From positions 171 through 64,170 of the forward strand of contig JAFYMF010000055.1 of the NCBI GenBank assembly GCA_017556745.1: DNA of 64,000 nucleotides, given 5' to 3'. Under the pieces are notes generated by a model that saw only the letters and a program-made list of their open reading frames with translations, was not told where the DNA came from and searched no databases. Numbering within the stretch: the stretch's first letter is position 1; each line of letters opens with the position of its first letter. The translations under genes were made by a program, and so were the position numbers. This DNA is from Clostridia bacterium. GTDB lineage: Bacteria; Bacillota; Clostridia; Oscillospirales; CAG-272. Below, piece by piece: positions 34,370-44,398 of this stretch.

Positions 34370-35935
34370 ATGAGAGAACGGAAAGCCGTGCGAACTGTGG
34401 CAACAATGACTTTTGCCACTTTATTTTCTAAGTTTCTCGGTGCGCTGAGAAATGCACTGTTTTCCGCTCCGTTCGGTACAGGAAGCGAGGCGGTGGCTTT
34501 TACCGCCGCACAGCGGTTACCTCTGTCATTTTTTGATATTTTGTTTTCCGCTGCCATAACCGGTTGCTTCATTCCTGCATATAATTCTTTTTCCACCAAT
34601 AACAAAAACAAAAAACGAGATAGCTTTACTACCGCGTTTTTTCTCGTAGTGATATGTGCAACAGTACTGATGACGGTGATGGCAGAGCTTTTTGCACCTC
34701 AGCTTATCTCACTTACCGTCCGAGGACTTGACACAGATACTCACGCACTTGCCGTACTGCTGATGAGGATAATGTTTCCGTCAGTAATATTCATCGGCAG
34801 TTGTTATATTCTGTCTGGGATTCTTCAGTCAAAGGGGCGCTTTATCCTTCCTGCATTAGTATCATCCGGTTCAAATATTCTCTCGGTAGTATATCTGTTA
34901 CATTTCAGTCATCTAAAAAAGAGAACGGCCATTATTTATCTTGCCGTAATATACACTGTGTCATGGGCGGTGCAGTTTCTGACCCTTTTGCTTCCACTCA
35001 TCTGTAGGCATAAGACATACCGAAAAGTACCTGACTTCCGTAGCACAGAATTCAAAAAAGCTATAACCGGTATTCCGGCTACAGCACTCAGCTCCTGTCT
35101 TGTTCCCACCGCTCTGCTGGTATCTACTTTTTTTGCATCACTGTCATCCACCCCCGGCGGTGCATCTGTATTTGATTATTCCTACATTATATATATAATA
35201 GCCGCAGGGACTCTTTCTCATGGAATCTCCGGATTCATATTTCCATCTCTTTCCCGTCTTGCTCATCTTGACGATGGCAAAGAATTTTCCTCTGCGGTAA
35301 AAAAAGCTCTTTACTATTCTGTTTACATCTCCCTCCCCTGCTCTCTGTTTTTTGCTCTTATTTCAAGAGAAATGGTGTCGGTTTTATATTTGCGTGACAG
35401 CTTTACCAATGAAGATGCGGTAGCCGTTTCGAGGCTACTAGGTACCATGGTGTTATTTATTCCGTTTTATTCTGCCGGGGAAATACTTCTTCGGGCGTTC
35501 TATTCAAAAAAACACCGAGGGGTTCCTATAATCGCCGCAGTCACAGGAGTATTGATTACGGTATATGCTACTCTTTTACTGAGTTATTTCACAAACAAAA
35601 ATATACTTTCGGCGGGTGTCGGATACGGAGTAGGTCAGTTAATTTCATCCCTTATACTGTTTATTTTTCTTCCGAGAATCGGAGTAAAAATTACAGCTTG
35701 GCGATTTCTTTATCACGGGCTCAAAATAATCATTCCCACAGCTTTTTCAGCGGCAATGATGGTTACACTGTATCGTTTTACGGGTAATAACCCATTTACC
35801 GCCGAAGCCCATAAAGATATTTTAGTATCACTGGCAGTTTTGTCTGCCGGTTTAGTACCGTATACTATACGGTATCTTTCGGTAAAACTAAAAAACATGA
35901 AAGGAGGATCGGATATTGAAAACAAAAAACAATAA
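34370..35935 (+). CDS. murJ: MurJ/MviN-family lipid II (or related glycolipid) flippase
   Basis: 521-aa polytopic MOP-superfamily protein with an N-terminus (TFATLFSKFLGALRNALFSAPFGTG) typical of MurJ. Confidence 0.8.
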   Translation: MRERKAVRTVATMTFATLFSKFLGALRNALFSAPFGTGSEAVAFTAAQRLPLSFFDILFSAAITGCFIPAYNSFSTNNKNKKRDSFTTAFFLVVICATVLMTVMAELFAPQLISLTVRGLDTDTHALAVLLMRIMFPSVIFIGSCYILSGILQSKGRFILPALVSSGSNILSVVYLLHFSHLKKRTAIIYLAVIYTVSWAVQFLTLLLPLICRHKTYRKVPDFRSTEFKKAITGIPATALSSCLVPTALLVSTFFASLSSTPGGASVFDYSYIIYIIAAGTLSHGISGFIFPSLSRLAHLDDGKEFSSAVKKALYYSVYISLPCSLFFALISREMVSVLYLRDSFTNEDAVAVSRLLGTMVLFIPFYSAGEILLRAFYSKKHRGVPIIAAVTGVLITVYATLLLSYFTNKNILSAGVGYGVGQLISSLILFIFLPRIGVKITAWRFLYHGLKIIIPTAFSAAMMVTLYRFTGNNPFTAEAHKDILVSLAVLSAGLVPYTIRYLSVKLKNMKGGSDIENKKQ

Positions 35936-37826
35936 GAAAGGCAGTGGCATACTGCATTTACTTGACCGCTTTTCAGAGTATTTATATAAAAAAGCTTCTG
36001 TGAGCTTTGTCGGTCATCTTTTTTCCTCATCTAAGGAAGAACTAAACAGAACAAAGCCCAAACCGTCAACCGATCCCACGCTTATCGGCGTTTTGAAAGA
36101 GAAAATACGTCCCGTTCGAAAAACCATATCAAGTTGGATAGAGAACAGTGTAATTGCCGGAGCATTCCGTCGGTTTGCCGCGAATCTGGCAGAAACCAGA
36201 ATGCGTGTATGCGGCTGGTTCTTCTTTTCATTCGGCTTTTATACCATTGCCCTTCTGGTATTCAAGCACTTTGCCGATCTTGAGAAAATAGAAAGTTTAG
36301 GGAAGCTGTACTTCCCATTGTCGGTAATGCTAACCTCTTTACCTATGCTTCTGTCAAGAGATTCCCTTGTGGGTGCAATGAGAAAAAACAGACTTACTCG
36401 TTTTCTCCTGACACACATTATCGGATTCAGAGAACCGCAGTTTGAAAATCTCAACCAAAAGCGAGGCAAGAGTAATATTGCATTTATTCTCGGCATACTG
36501 TTTGGTTTCTTTTCTCTTTTGGTAAGTCCTGAATTTCTGGTTCTTTTAATCTTGACTGCCGTAGTAATGTATCTTGTTTTCATTACACCTGAGCTGGGGG
36601 TGACCCTTACTTTTTTCATGTTACCCTTTGTCAGGACACTTGTCCTCGGTGTCACGGTTCTCTATACCTCTTTTTGTTATTTTTTTAAATTAATACGCGG
36701 TAAGCGTACATTGTCATTCCGTACCACAGATATATTTATTACCATATTTATGGGACTTATCTTCTTTGGCGGTACGGTTTCGGTCGCTCCCGAAGGTTCT
36801 TTACCCTCCGGACTTATGATGGCATGCTTAATGCTGGGATACTTTGTAACCGTCAATCTTATCAACACAGCCGAGCTTCTCGGACGAATCACCACTGCTG
36901 TAATTTCTTCCGCGGTGATCGTATCTGTAGTCGGTATATGTCAGTACTTTTTGGGAGAGGCTTCTCAAATATGGCAAGATGTAAACATGTTCGCCGATAT
37001 TTCGGGACGAGTGACATCTACTTTTGGAAACCCTAATGTCCTTGCAGAATATATTATTATTGTATTTCCTATTGCCGCCGCATTTCTCTTTTCGTCCGAA
37101 AGCAGACGCGGAAGCTTCAAGTCATTTATGGCCTGTTTGTTACTTTTTGCCTGTCTGATACTTACCTGGTCCCGCGGCGGATGGCTGGGCTTTATAATCG
37201 GAATGCTGATATTCTTTATTTTCATGACGAGAAAGACTATTACTTTCCTGTTTTTTGCAGGAATCGCCACTCCTTTTCTCCCATTTGTTCTCCCGTCAAA
37301 CGTGTGGAACAGACTGGCGAGTATCGGAAATCTTGCTGATTCATCCACAAGCTACAGAGTAAACGTTTGGGAAGCATCTCTTAATATGCTCCGGGATTGT
37401 TTTGGTAGCGGTATCGGTATCGGAGAGGCTGCCTTCTCGCAGGTTTATCCACTCTATGCTTATGCCGGCTCAGAAAACGCTCCCCATAGCCACAATCTGT
37501 TTCTGCAGATAACTCTCGAGCTTGGAATTGTCGGAATCATTATCTTTTCAGTTATCGTACTGATGTTTATGAAAAACTGTATTTCAAGAGCAATAAACAC
37601 CCCCGAAAGACGAACAAAGCTTATAATTCTCGGCGGAATGTGCGGAATATTATCCGTCCTTATTCAGGGAATGACCGACCACATATGGTATAATTACAGA
37701 ATATTCCTCATATTCTGGCTTATAATAGGTCTGACAAATGCATACAGACGGGTTGGCCTTTCACAAAAATCCGACAGTCTATTCAGGCATAGCGGAATCA
37801 GCTCCGCACAGATCGAGCTGAACTAA
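35916..37826 (+). CDS. O-antigen ligase-like (Wzy_C domain) membrane protein
   Basis: 636-aa polytopic protein. TWSRGGWLGFIIGMLIF and HSHNLFLQITLELG match the Wzy_C family pattern. TTG start behind GGAGG. Overlaps murJ by 20 nt. Confidence 0.8.
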   Translation: MKTKNNKKGSGILHLLDRFSEYLYKKASVSFVGHLFSSSKEELNRTKPKPSTDPTLIGVLKEKIRPVRKTISSWIENSVIAGAFRRFAANLAETRMRVCGWFFFSFGFYTIALLVFKHFADLEKIESLGKLYFPLSVMLTSLPMLLSRDSLVGAMRKNRLTRFLLTHIIGFREPQFENLNQKRGKSNIAFILGILFGFFSLLVSPEFLVLLILTAVVMYLVFITPELGVTLTFFMLPFVRTLVLGVTVLYTSFCYFFKLIRGKRTLSFRTTDIFITIFMGLIFFGGTVSVAPEGSLPSGLMMACLMLGYFVTVNLINTAELLGRITTAVISSAVIVSVVGICQYFLGEASQIWQDVNMFADISGRVTSTFGNPNVLAEYIIIVFPIAAAFLFSSESRRGSFKSFMACLLLFACLILTWSRGGWLGFIIGMLIFFIFMTRKTITFLFFAGIATPFLPFVLPSNVWNRLASIGNLADSSTSYRVNVWEASLNMLRDCFGSGIGIGEAAFSQVYPLYAYAGSENAPHSHNLFLQITLELGIVGIIIFSVIVLMFMKNCISRAINTPERRTKLIILGGMCGILSVLIQGMTDHIWYNYRIFLIFWLIIGLTNAYRRVGLSQKSDSLFRHSGISSAQIELN

Positions 37827-37846
37827 TATAAGAAAAGGAGTAAACC

Positions 37847-38341
37847 ATGGAAAAAAAAGCAAAAAGAGGATTTAGATTTAATATAATAGATATTATTCTT
37901 CTCCTTGTTATTATTGCCGCCGTTCTTGGCGTTATATATTTTTTCCTTTCGCATGATGATGTCCCAGGTGCATCAGACACCTTCTCCGCTGAATATGTTA
38001 TCGAGTCAAAGGAAATACGAGATGAGTTTGACGGTCTCATAAAACCCGGTGATATCATACTGGATTCTGTTAGACAAATCAAACTTGGCGAGGTACTGTA
38101 CGTAGAGTATGTAGATGCTGTCAGAACCACCGTCAACACCGATACAGGTGAGCAAAAAAACGTTGAGGTCCCCGGTAAATTAGATGTTTATATAACAATA
38201 CGTTCCACGGATGTCACTCATGACGAATGTTATAAAATAAACGGTAGCTACGATCTTATGACAGGAAGCTATTTCTCCTACCGTACTCCCGGATTTGTCG
38301 GCGAGGGAAGCTGTGTTTCAGTCAAGATACTGAATAAATAA
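37847..38341 (+). CDS. DUF4330-like single-pass membrane protein (paralog 1)
   Basis: RFNIIDIILLLVIIAAVLG N-terminal anchor typical of DUF4330, ~165 aa. Confidence 0.7.
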   Translation: MEKKAKRGFRFNIIDIILLLVIIAAVLGVIYFFLSHDDVPGASDTFSAEYVIESKEIRDEFDGLIKPGDIILDSVRQIKLGEVLYVEYVDAVRTTVNTDTGEQKNVEVPGKLDVYITIRSTDVTHDECYKINGSYDLMTGSYFSYRTPGFVGEGSCVSVKILNK

Positions 38342-38352
38342 GGAGGACAAAT

Positions 38353-38862
38353 ATGAGTACCACCGCAAAGAAAAACAGATTATTCAGATTTAATGTCATA
38401 GATGCAGTAATCATACTTGTGATACTCTGTGCTGTCGGAAGTATATTTGTCCGCTATAATCTAGAGGAAAATATCAGTATTTCAGGTCACAGCGAATCGG
38501 TAGAAATAAAGTTTCTCATAACCTCGCTTGATCACAGCTCAAGCGATTCATTTAAAGAGGGTGACAGTGTTTTCTTTTCGTCAAACAGCAAGCTCATAGG
38601 TACACTCACCTCTGAAAAGACTATCATCCCCGCAGAGATCATGCTTACACTCTCTGACGGCTCGGTTGTCAAATCTGAGTCCCCCGGAGCTGAGAAAGTA
38701 GACCTGAGAGGAAGTATACTCTCAAACGGTGTCTTTGATGAAGACGGCAGCTTTATGCTTGACGGTAACACTTTTATTGCTCCCGGAATGAAGATTTCTC
38801 TCTATACAGAGAATATAATCACCGATTGTATTATTACAGAAATAAAAAGAATGGAACAATAA
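38353..38862 (+). CDS. DUF4330-like single-pass membrane protein (paralog 2)
   Basis: RFNVIDAVIILVILCAVGS anchor. Same size and architecture as the preceding gene. 11-nt spacer with GGAGGA. Confidence 0.7.
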   Translation: MSTTAKKNRLFRFNVIDAVIILVILCAVGSIFVRYNLEENISISGHSESVEIKFLITSLDHSSSDSFKEGDSVFFSSNSKLIGTLTSEKTIIPAEIMLTLSDGSVVKSESPGAEKVDLRGSILSNGVFDEDGSFMLDGNTFIAPGMKISLYTENIITDCIITEIKRMEQ

Positions 38863-38916
38863 TTGTTTTTACTGTCTAAAATTGCCTCTTCTCGCAAAAT
38901 TTATGCATAAAAACTA

Positions 38917-38945
38917 TTGATTTTATTATAAATCTTTGATATAAT
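38917..38945 (+). promoter_or_regulatory. promoter of ptsH
   Basis: TTGATT-17 nt-TATAAT with TGA directly upstream of the -10 (extended -10). Confidence 0.65.
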
Positions 38946-39022
38946 ATAATCGTATAAAAAGTTTTATAAATTACAGTGCCTCAGGTACTTTTAATTACTA
39001 CTTTACAGGAGCGTCAATAAAT

Positions 39023-39286
39023 ATGATCTCGATGGATGTTACTATTAAAAACAACGTTGGTCTCCACGCCCGTCCGGCTACATTTTTTATTCAGAAAGCT
39101 AATTCATATAAGAGTTCTATTTGGGTAGAGAAGGAAGATCGCAGAGTAAATGCTAAGAGTTTGCTCGGTGTACTTTCTCTTGGTATAGTTAAGGGTATGT
39201 CCATTACTCTCATCGCAGACGGTGTAGACGAAAATGATGCTCTCGAGGGTCTTTCAACCCTTATCAATACCGGTTTCAACGAATAA
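39023..39286 (+). CDS. ptsH: phosphocarrier protein HPr
   Basis: His15 motif GLHARPA and Ser46 motif NAKSLLGVLSLG. 87 aa. Confidence 0.93.
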   Translation: MISMDVTIKNNVGLHARPATFFIQKANSYKSSIWVEKEDRRVNAKSLLGVLSLGIVKGMSITLIADGVDENDALEGLSTLINTGFNE

Positions 39287-39379
39287 GCTCAGAAAGCGGG
39301 AATAAATTTAACGGACTTGTAATTTCGCGGCGGATAAGTGTGTGAAATTTGAGTCCGTTTGTTTTTTGGGAGTTACAGA

Positions 39380-41224
39380 GTGAACGAGCGCTTAGATAAA
39401 CTCAGAGAAAAAGCAAATTCCCTCCCACTGTCGTCAGGTATATATATTATGCGTGACTCACGGGGAGAGGTTATATACGTAGGAAAATCACGAAAGTTAA
39501 AGAACCGTGTTTCAAGCTACTTCATCGAAGGATCCAAAAGCATTAAAACCGAAAAAATGGTTAGTCGCGTAGCAGATTTTGACTATATTCTCTGTGATAA
39601 TGAAATAGAGGCACTGACACTTGAGAACAGCCTCATTAAGCAGTACTCTCCTAAATACAATATCAAGCTTAAGGATGCAAAATCTTACCCTTATATACGG
39701 GTGTCGGTAAAAGATGACTATCCGAACCTTACAATGACAAGATCCCGTGCAGGAGACGGAGCAAAGTACTTTGGTCCTTATTCATCAAGCACAACAGTGT
39801 ACGATATTATCGGAACACTGAAGAAGACCTTTGGTCTCCCCTCATGCAAGCACAAATTTCCTCGAGACATCGGTAAAGTGCGTCCATGTATTTACAGTCA
39901 GATCGGTAGATGCATGGCACCGTGCAGCGGCAAGGTATCCCGCTTTGAATATGTTTCGGCTGTAAACTGTGCCCTTGATGTGTTGTCAGGTGACATATCC
40001 GATGCCACAAAAAATCTTGAGAAAAAGATGTACGAATATGCAGAAGCTGAACAGTTTGAAGCTGCTGCTCGCTGCCGTGACACTATTGCATCTATTGAAA
40101 AACTAAAAGACCGTCAGAAGGCAGTTACCGATCCCAAAGCAGAACACGATATATTTGCACTTTACCGAGACGAAATGTGTTCGGTAATAGCGGTGCTTAT
40201 TATCCGCGGCGGCAGAATAACCGACAACGAGCAATTCACGTTTTCCGCAGATGAGATAATCGAGCCGGAAAACATCTCATCCTTTATTTTCGGCTTTTAC
40301 AGGCGTCGTGAGTATGTACCTAAGGACGTGCTTCTCGGATTTGACATTCTTGAGGAGGATGCTGAGGACCTGCGAGCATCGCTGTGTGAGCTCAGCGGCA
40401 GAAAAGTACGTCTTCATCGTCCCGAGCGAGGTGAGCTCAAAGCTCTTTGTGACATGGCTTACGCAAATGCCGAGCAAAATGCAACTCACTACAAGAAAAA
40501 GACAGAGAATGAAAACGAGGCCCTTGCAGGTCTTGCCGGTCTTCTCGCTCTTGAGGTATACCCCGAAAGAATAGAGGCATACGACATATCAAATATTGGT
40601 CGAGAGCACAAGGTTGCCGGAATGGTGGTAATGGAAAACGGTTCCTTCCGCCGAAGCGATTACAGATCATTTAAAATAAAGACAGTAGACGGACAGGATG
40701 ACTACGCTTCTATGAGAGAGGCTATCTCAAGACGTCTGCAGCACGTAGATGATGAGTCCTTCCCTCCTCCTCCTGACCTTATTCTCCTTGACGGCGGTAA
40801 AGGTCACGTTTCGGTGATACGGCAGCTTGCCCGGGAAATGGGATGTGATATTCCTATATTCGGGATGGTTAAGGATGAATACCATAAAACCCGTACTCTC
40901 ACTGACGGAGAGCGAGATATCAGTATTGCAAAAAAGCAATCTGTATTTATGATGATATATAAACTTCAGGAAGAGGTACACCGCTATACCTATTCCAGAA
41001 TGGATAATGCAAAAAGAAAATCTCTTCGCACCTCCTCCCTTGAGAAAATAAAAGGGATAGGTGAGAAGAAGGCAAAAATGCTCCTCAGTGAGCTCGGTTC
41101 TCTTTCCGCCATCAAGTCGGCGAGTGTAGAGACCTTGTCCGCCGTTAAGGGGATATCCATCCGCGACGCCGAGGAGATATTTAATTATTTCAGTAGTCAA
41201 TCCGAAAGGCAGATAAAAAAATGA
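39380..41224 (+). CDS. uvrC: excinuclease ABC subunit C
   Basis: GIY-YIG N-terminus (GIYIMRDSRGEVIYVGKS), UVR domain and C-terminal HhH. GTG 39380 behind GGGAG is preferred over TTG 39359. Confidence 0.95.
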   Translation: MNERLDKLREKANSLPLSSGIYIMRDSRGEVIYVGKSRKLKNRVSSYFIEGSKSIKTEKMVSRVADFDYILCDNEIEALTLENSLIKQYSPKYNIKLKDAKSYPYIRVSVKDDYPNLTMTRSRAGDGAKYFGPYSSSTTVYDIIGTLKKTFGLPSCKHKFPRDIGKVRPCIYSQIGRCMAPCSGKVSRFEYVSAVNCALDVLSGDISDATKNLEKKMYEYAEAEQFEAAARCRDTIASIEKLKDRQKAVTDPKAEHDIFALYRDEMCSVIAVLIIRGGRITDNEQFTFSADEIIEPENISSFIFGFYRRREYVPKDVLLGFDILEEDAEDLRASLCELSGRKVRLHRPERGELKALCDMAYANAEQNATHYKKKTENENEALAGLAGLLALEVYPERIEAYDISNIGREHKVAGMVVMENGSFRRSDYRSFKIKTVDGQDDYASMREAISRRLQHVDDESFPPPPDLILLDGGKGHVSVIRQLAREMGCDIPIFGMVKDEYHKTRTLTDGERDISIAKKQSVFMMIYKLQEEVHRYTYSRMDNAKRKSLRTSSLEKIKGIGEKKAKMLLSELGSLSAIKSASVETLSAVKGISIRDAEEIFNYFSSQSERQIKK

Positions 41225-41787
41225 GAATTATAACCGGACTTGCAAAGGGGTGCCGTCTCGATACCCTTGAGGGTGAAAACACCCGTCCCACAGGAGAGCG
41301 CGTAAAGGAAGCTATGTTCTCCATGATACAGTTTGATATAGAAGGTAGAAATGTTCTTGATCTTTTCGCAGGTTCCGGACAGCTTGGCCTTGAGGCTCTG
41401 AGCCGCGGTGCTAGCCATGCCACCTTCCTTGATGTATCAAAGGATGCTGTAGAAATAATAAAGAAGAACGCGCAAAAGACCCGTCTTACCGACAGATGCA
41501 CTATTGCTAACGGCGACTTTACTACCTTCTTCAGAGCGGGCAGAAAGAAGTTTGATATTGTCTTTCTTGATCCACCCTATAAGTCAGGGCACATGACCGC
41601 CGCTTTAAAAAAACTCAGAGATAGCGGATTCCTTAACAACGGAGCTATCCTTGTTTGTGAAAGCGAGACAGGTGACGTATTCGGTGACTCGCCTGAGCTT
41701 GAAGAAACCTACGAGGTACTGAAGAATTCCCGTCACGGCAGAGCATATATCACTCTGCTTCTGAAGAAAAAGGATGTAGAAGAATGA
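41221..41787 (+). CDS. rsmD: 16S rRNA (guanine966-N2)-methyltransferase
   Basis: RPTGERVKEAMFSM, LDLFAGSGQLGLEALSRGA and DPPY motifs. Overlaps uvrC and coaD by 4 nt each. Confidence 0.92.
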   Translation: MRIITGLAKGCRLDTLEGENTRPTGERVKEAMFSMIQFDIEGRNVLDLFAGSGQLGLEALSRGASHATFLDVSKDAVEIIKKNAQKTRLTDRCTIANGDFTTFFRAGRKKFDIVFLDPPYKSGHMTAALKKLRDSGFLNNGAILVCESETGDVFGDSPELEETYEVLKNSRHGRAYITLLLKKKDVEE

Positions 41788-42287
41788 CCGACAAAAAGAT
41801 AGCTCTCCTCACCGGCAGCTTCGATCCGCTTACCTCCGGTCACTATGACATTGCCATTCGTTGTTCGCAGTTATTTGACACTGTGTATGTTGTCAGCTTT
41901 TACAACAGTGAGAAAAAAGGAATGTTCACACCTGAGGAACGTCTGAGCATTCTTCGCGGTGCATTTGCATCCCACCCCAACATAAAAACCGACGTATCTG
42001 ACGGTATGGTAGCAGAATATGCAGCAAAAATTAACGCCGGTGTAATAGTAAAGGGGTTACGTACCACCGCAGACTTTGAATATGAATATAATCTTGGTGA
42101 GATAAGCCGTAGGCTTTCTCCCGAGGTAGAGACACTGTTTATGCCATCAAAAGCTGAACTTGCATACATCAGTTCAAGCTATGTAAGAGAGCTGATAAAA
42201 TATAAAAGACCTCTTGAGGGTGCAGTACCCGATGGTGCACTGGAAGTGCTTTATACCCTGAGAGACAAAAAGTTCCCGCAAAAATAA
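41784..42287 (+). CDS. coaD: phosphopantetheine adenylyltransferase
   Basis: GSFDPLTSGHYDI nucleotidyltransferase motif and ISSSYVRE C-terminal motif. 167 aa. Confidence 0.95.
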   Translation: MTDKKIALLTGSFDPLTSGHYDIAIRCSQLFDTVYVVSFYNSEKKGMFTPEERLSILRGAFASHPNIKTDVSDGMVAEYAAKINAGVIVKGLRTTADFEYEYNLGEISRRLSPEVETLFMPSKAELAYISSSYVRELIKYKRPLEGAVPDGALEVLYTLRDKKFPQK

Positions 42288-42316
42288 CTATTAGACCATC
42301 TCTTCCCGAAAAAATA

Positions 42317-42345
42317 TTGCAACGGGAAGATAAATGGTGTATAAT
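42317..42345 (+). promoter_or_regulatory. promoter of ilvE
   Basis: TTGCAA-17 nt-TATAAT with TG directly adjacent to the -10. Overlaps the coaD terminator-like hairpin TCTTCCCG...CGGGAAGA. Confidence 0.65.
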
Positions 42346-42393
42346 AAGGTAGTTTAATAAGAATATTTTATTCGATTATCGGAGGATAAATAA

Positions 42394-43464
42394 ATGCTTA
42401 ACATCAGAATTGAACCCATTGCACAGAAAAAGCCCAAGCCTGATCAGAACAAGCTTGGCTTTGGTAACTACTTTACCGATCATATGTTTATGATGAACTA
42501 CACCGAGGGTAAGGGTTGGTACGATCCCCGCATAGTTCCCTACGGTGATATTGCTCTTCCACCTGCAGCTATGGTATTCCACTATGCACAGGAAATGTTT
42601 GAGGGTCTTAAGGCTTACTATACCGCAGACGGTACTGTTCAGCTTTTCCGTCCTCAGAAGAACATTGAGAGAATGAACAACACCAACGAGAGAATGTGTA
42701 TCCCCCAGCTTGATCCCGATGACGTTCTCCAGGCAATCAAGGCTATCGTTGACTACGATAAGGACTGGATCCCTACCGCTGATGGTACTTCTCTTTACAT
42801 TCGTCCCTTCATTATTGCTACTGATGAGCACCTCGGTGTACATATAGCAAAGAACTATATCTTCGCTATTATTCTTTCTCCTGTTGGCTCTTACTACCCC
42901 ACCGGCATCAACCCCGTTAAGATCTACATCGAGACCGAGTTTGTCCGCGCTGTTAAGGGCGGTACCGGTTATGCTAAGGTAGGCGGTAACTACGCAGCTT
43001 CCCTCAAGGGTCAGGAAAAGGCAGAAAAGCTTGGTTACGCTCAGGTTCTTTGGCTTGATGGTATCCACCGCAAGTACATCGACGAGGTTGGCGCAATGAA
43101 CGTATTCTTCGTAATCGACGGCGAGGTTGTTACTCCCGCTCTTGACGAAGGCAACATTCTTCCCGGTGTTACCCGTGATTCCTGCCTTGCTCTTCTCCGT
43201 AGCTGGGGTATCAAGGTAACCGAGCGTAAGGTATCCATCGATGAGCTTGTTCAAGCTTATGATGCAGGTAAGCTTGACGAGGCATTCGGCACCGGTACCG
43301 CTGCAGTTATCTCCCCCATCGGTGAGCTTAACGACGACGGCAAAATCATGACCCTCTCCGGCGGAAAGATCGGTCCCATCTCTCAGCGTCTTTACGACAC
43401 CCTCACCGGTATCCAGTGGGGCAAGAAGGAAGACACCTTCGGTTGGACTGTTAAGGTAAACTAA
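42394..43464 (+). CDS. ilvE: branched-chain amino acid aminotransferase
   Basis: 356-aa class IV aminotransferase (FGNYFTDHMF, FEGLKAY, GGNYAASL, GTAAVISPI). Confidence 0.95.
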   Translation: MLNIRIEPIAQKKPKPDQNKLGFGNYFTDHMFMMNYTEGKGWYDPRIVPYGDIALPPAAMVFHYAQEMFEGLKAYYTADGTVQLFRPQKNIERMNNTNERMCIPQLDPDDVLQAIKAIVDYDKDWIPTADGTSLYIRPFIIATDEHLGVHIAKNYIFAIILSPVGSYYPTGINPVKIYIETEFVRAVKGGTGYAKVGGNYAASLKGQEKAEKLGYAQVLWLDGIHRKYIDEVGAMNVFFVIDGEVVTPALDEGNILPGVTRDSCLALLRSWGIKVTERKVSIDELVQAYDAGKLDEAFGTGTAAVISPIGELNDDGKIMTLSGGKIGPISQRLYDTLTGIQWGKKEDTFGWTVKVN

Positions 43465-43468
43465 TACA

Positions 43469-44398
43469 TTGAAGATAACCGTTGAGCAGGATGCGCACGG
43501 TATGAAGACAGGCGAGTTTCTCAAAAAGAGACTCGCCTGTTCTTCGAAAATGATAACTCTCCTGAAGAAAGATGAGCATGGAATCATGCTCAACGGAAGA
43601 AGAGTAACAGTGCGCGAGATACTGAATGCAGGAGATATACTTGAAATTTCCGACCGAGATAAAGAGGAGAATATAAATCCGAACATCATCCCCGGTGGTG
43701 AAATGCCGGAGATCATCTACGAGGATGACGACATAATAGCGGTAAACAAGCCGCCAAATATGCCCACTCACCCATCACACGGTCACTATGGAGATACCCT
43801 CGCAAATGCTTTGGTCAGTTATTTTATGAAAAGCAATACACCGTTTGTATTCAGATCCATGAACCGACTTGACAGAGATACATCCGGAATTGTAGTAGTC
43901 TCAAAAAACAGATTTACCGCAAATCTCCTATCGAAGGCACTCCTTGACGGAAAGGTGAAGAAGCAGTATTTCGCCGTCACCGAAGGAATTCCGAAAGAAA
44001 AATCCGGTCGGATAGAAAGCGACATAAGACGCATAGGCGAAAGTATTATAATAAGAGAAGCGTTACCCTGCGGTGAGGGTGGAGAGACTGCCAAGTATGC
44101 CTTGACCGATTATAAAGTTGTATCGCAAAAAGACGGTCGGGCAGGAGTTATCGTAACTCCACACACAGGACGTACCCACCAGATACGCGTTCACTTTAAG
44201 TACATCGGTACCCCGCTTGTGGGTGACGGACTCTACGGAACACCTTCCCCGCTTATTTACAGACATTCACTACATGCCGTAGTGCTTGAATTTCCGTATA
44301 AGGGTAACACACTCAGACTTACCGCACCGCCACCGGACGATCTTCTGTCTCTTGTTGGGTTAGAACAGAGCAATTTTGATTTTAACGGAGAACTGTAA
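43469..44398 (+). CDS. RluA-family 23S rRNA pseudouridine synthase (RluD/RluC-like)
   Basis: S4-like N-terminus, catalytic HRLDRDTSG-like motif (NRLDRDTSGIVV) and GRTHQIRVH motif. TTG start. Confidence 0.9.
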   Translation: MKITVEQDAHGMKTGEFLKKRLACSSKMITLLKKDEHGIMLNGRRVTVREILNAGDILEISDRDKEENINPNIIPGGEMPEIIYEDDDIIAVNKPPNMPTHPSHGHYGDTLANALVSYFMKSNTPFVFRSMNRLDRDTSGIVVVSKNRFTANLLSKALLDGKVKKQYFAVTEGIPKEKSGRIESDIRRIGESIIIREALPCGEGGETAKYALTDYKVVSQKDGRAGVIVTPHTGRTHQIRVHFKYIGTPLVGDGLYGTPSPLIYRHSLHAVVLEFPYKGNTLRLTAPPPDDLLSLVGLEQSNFDFNGEL

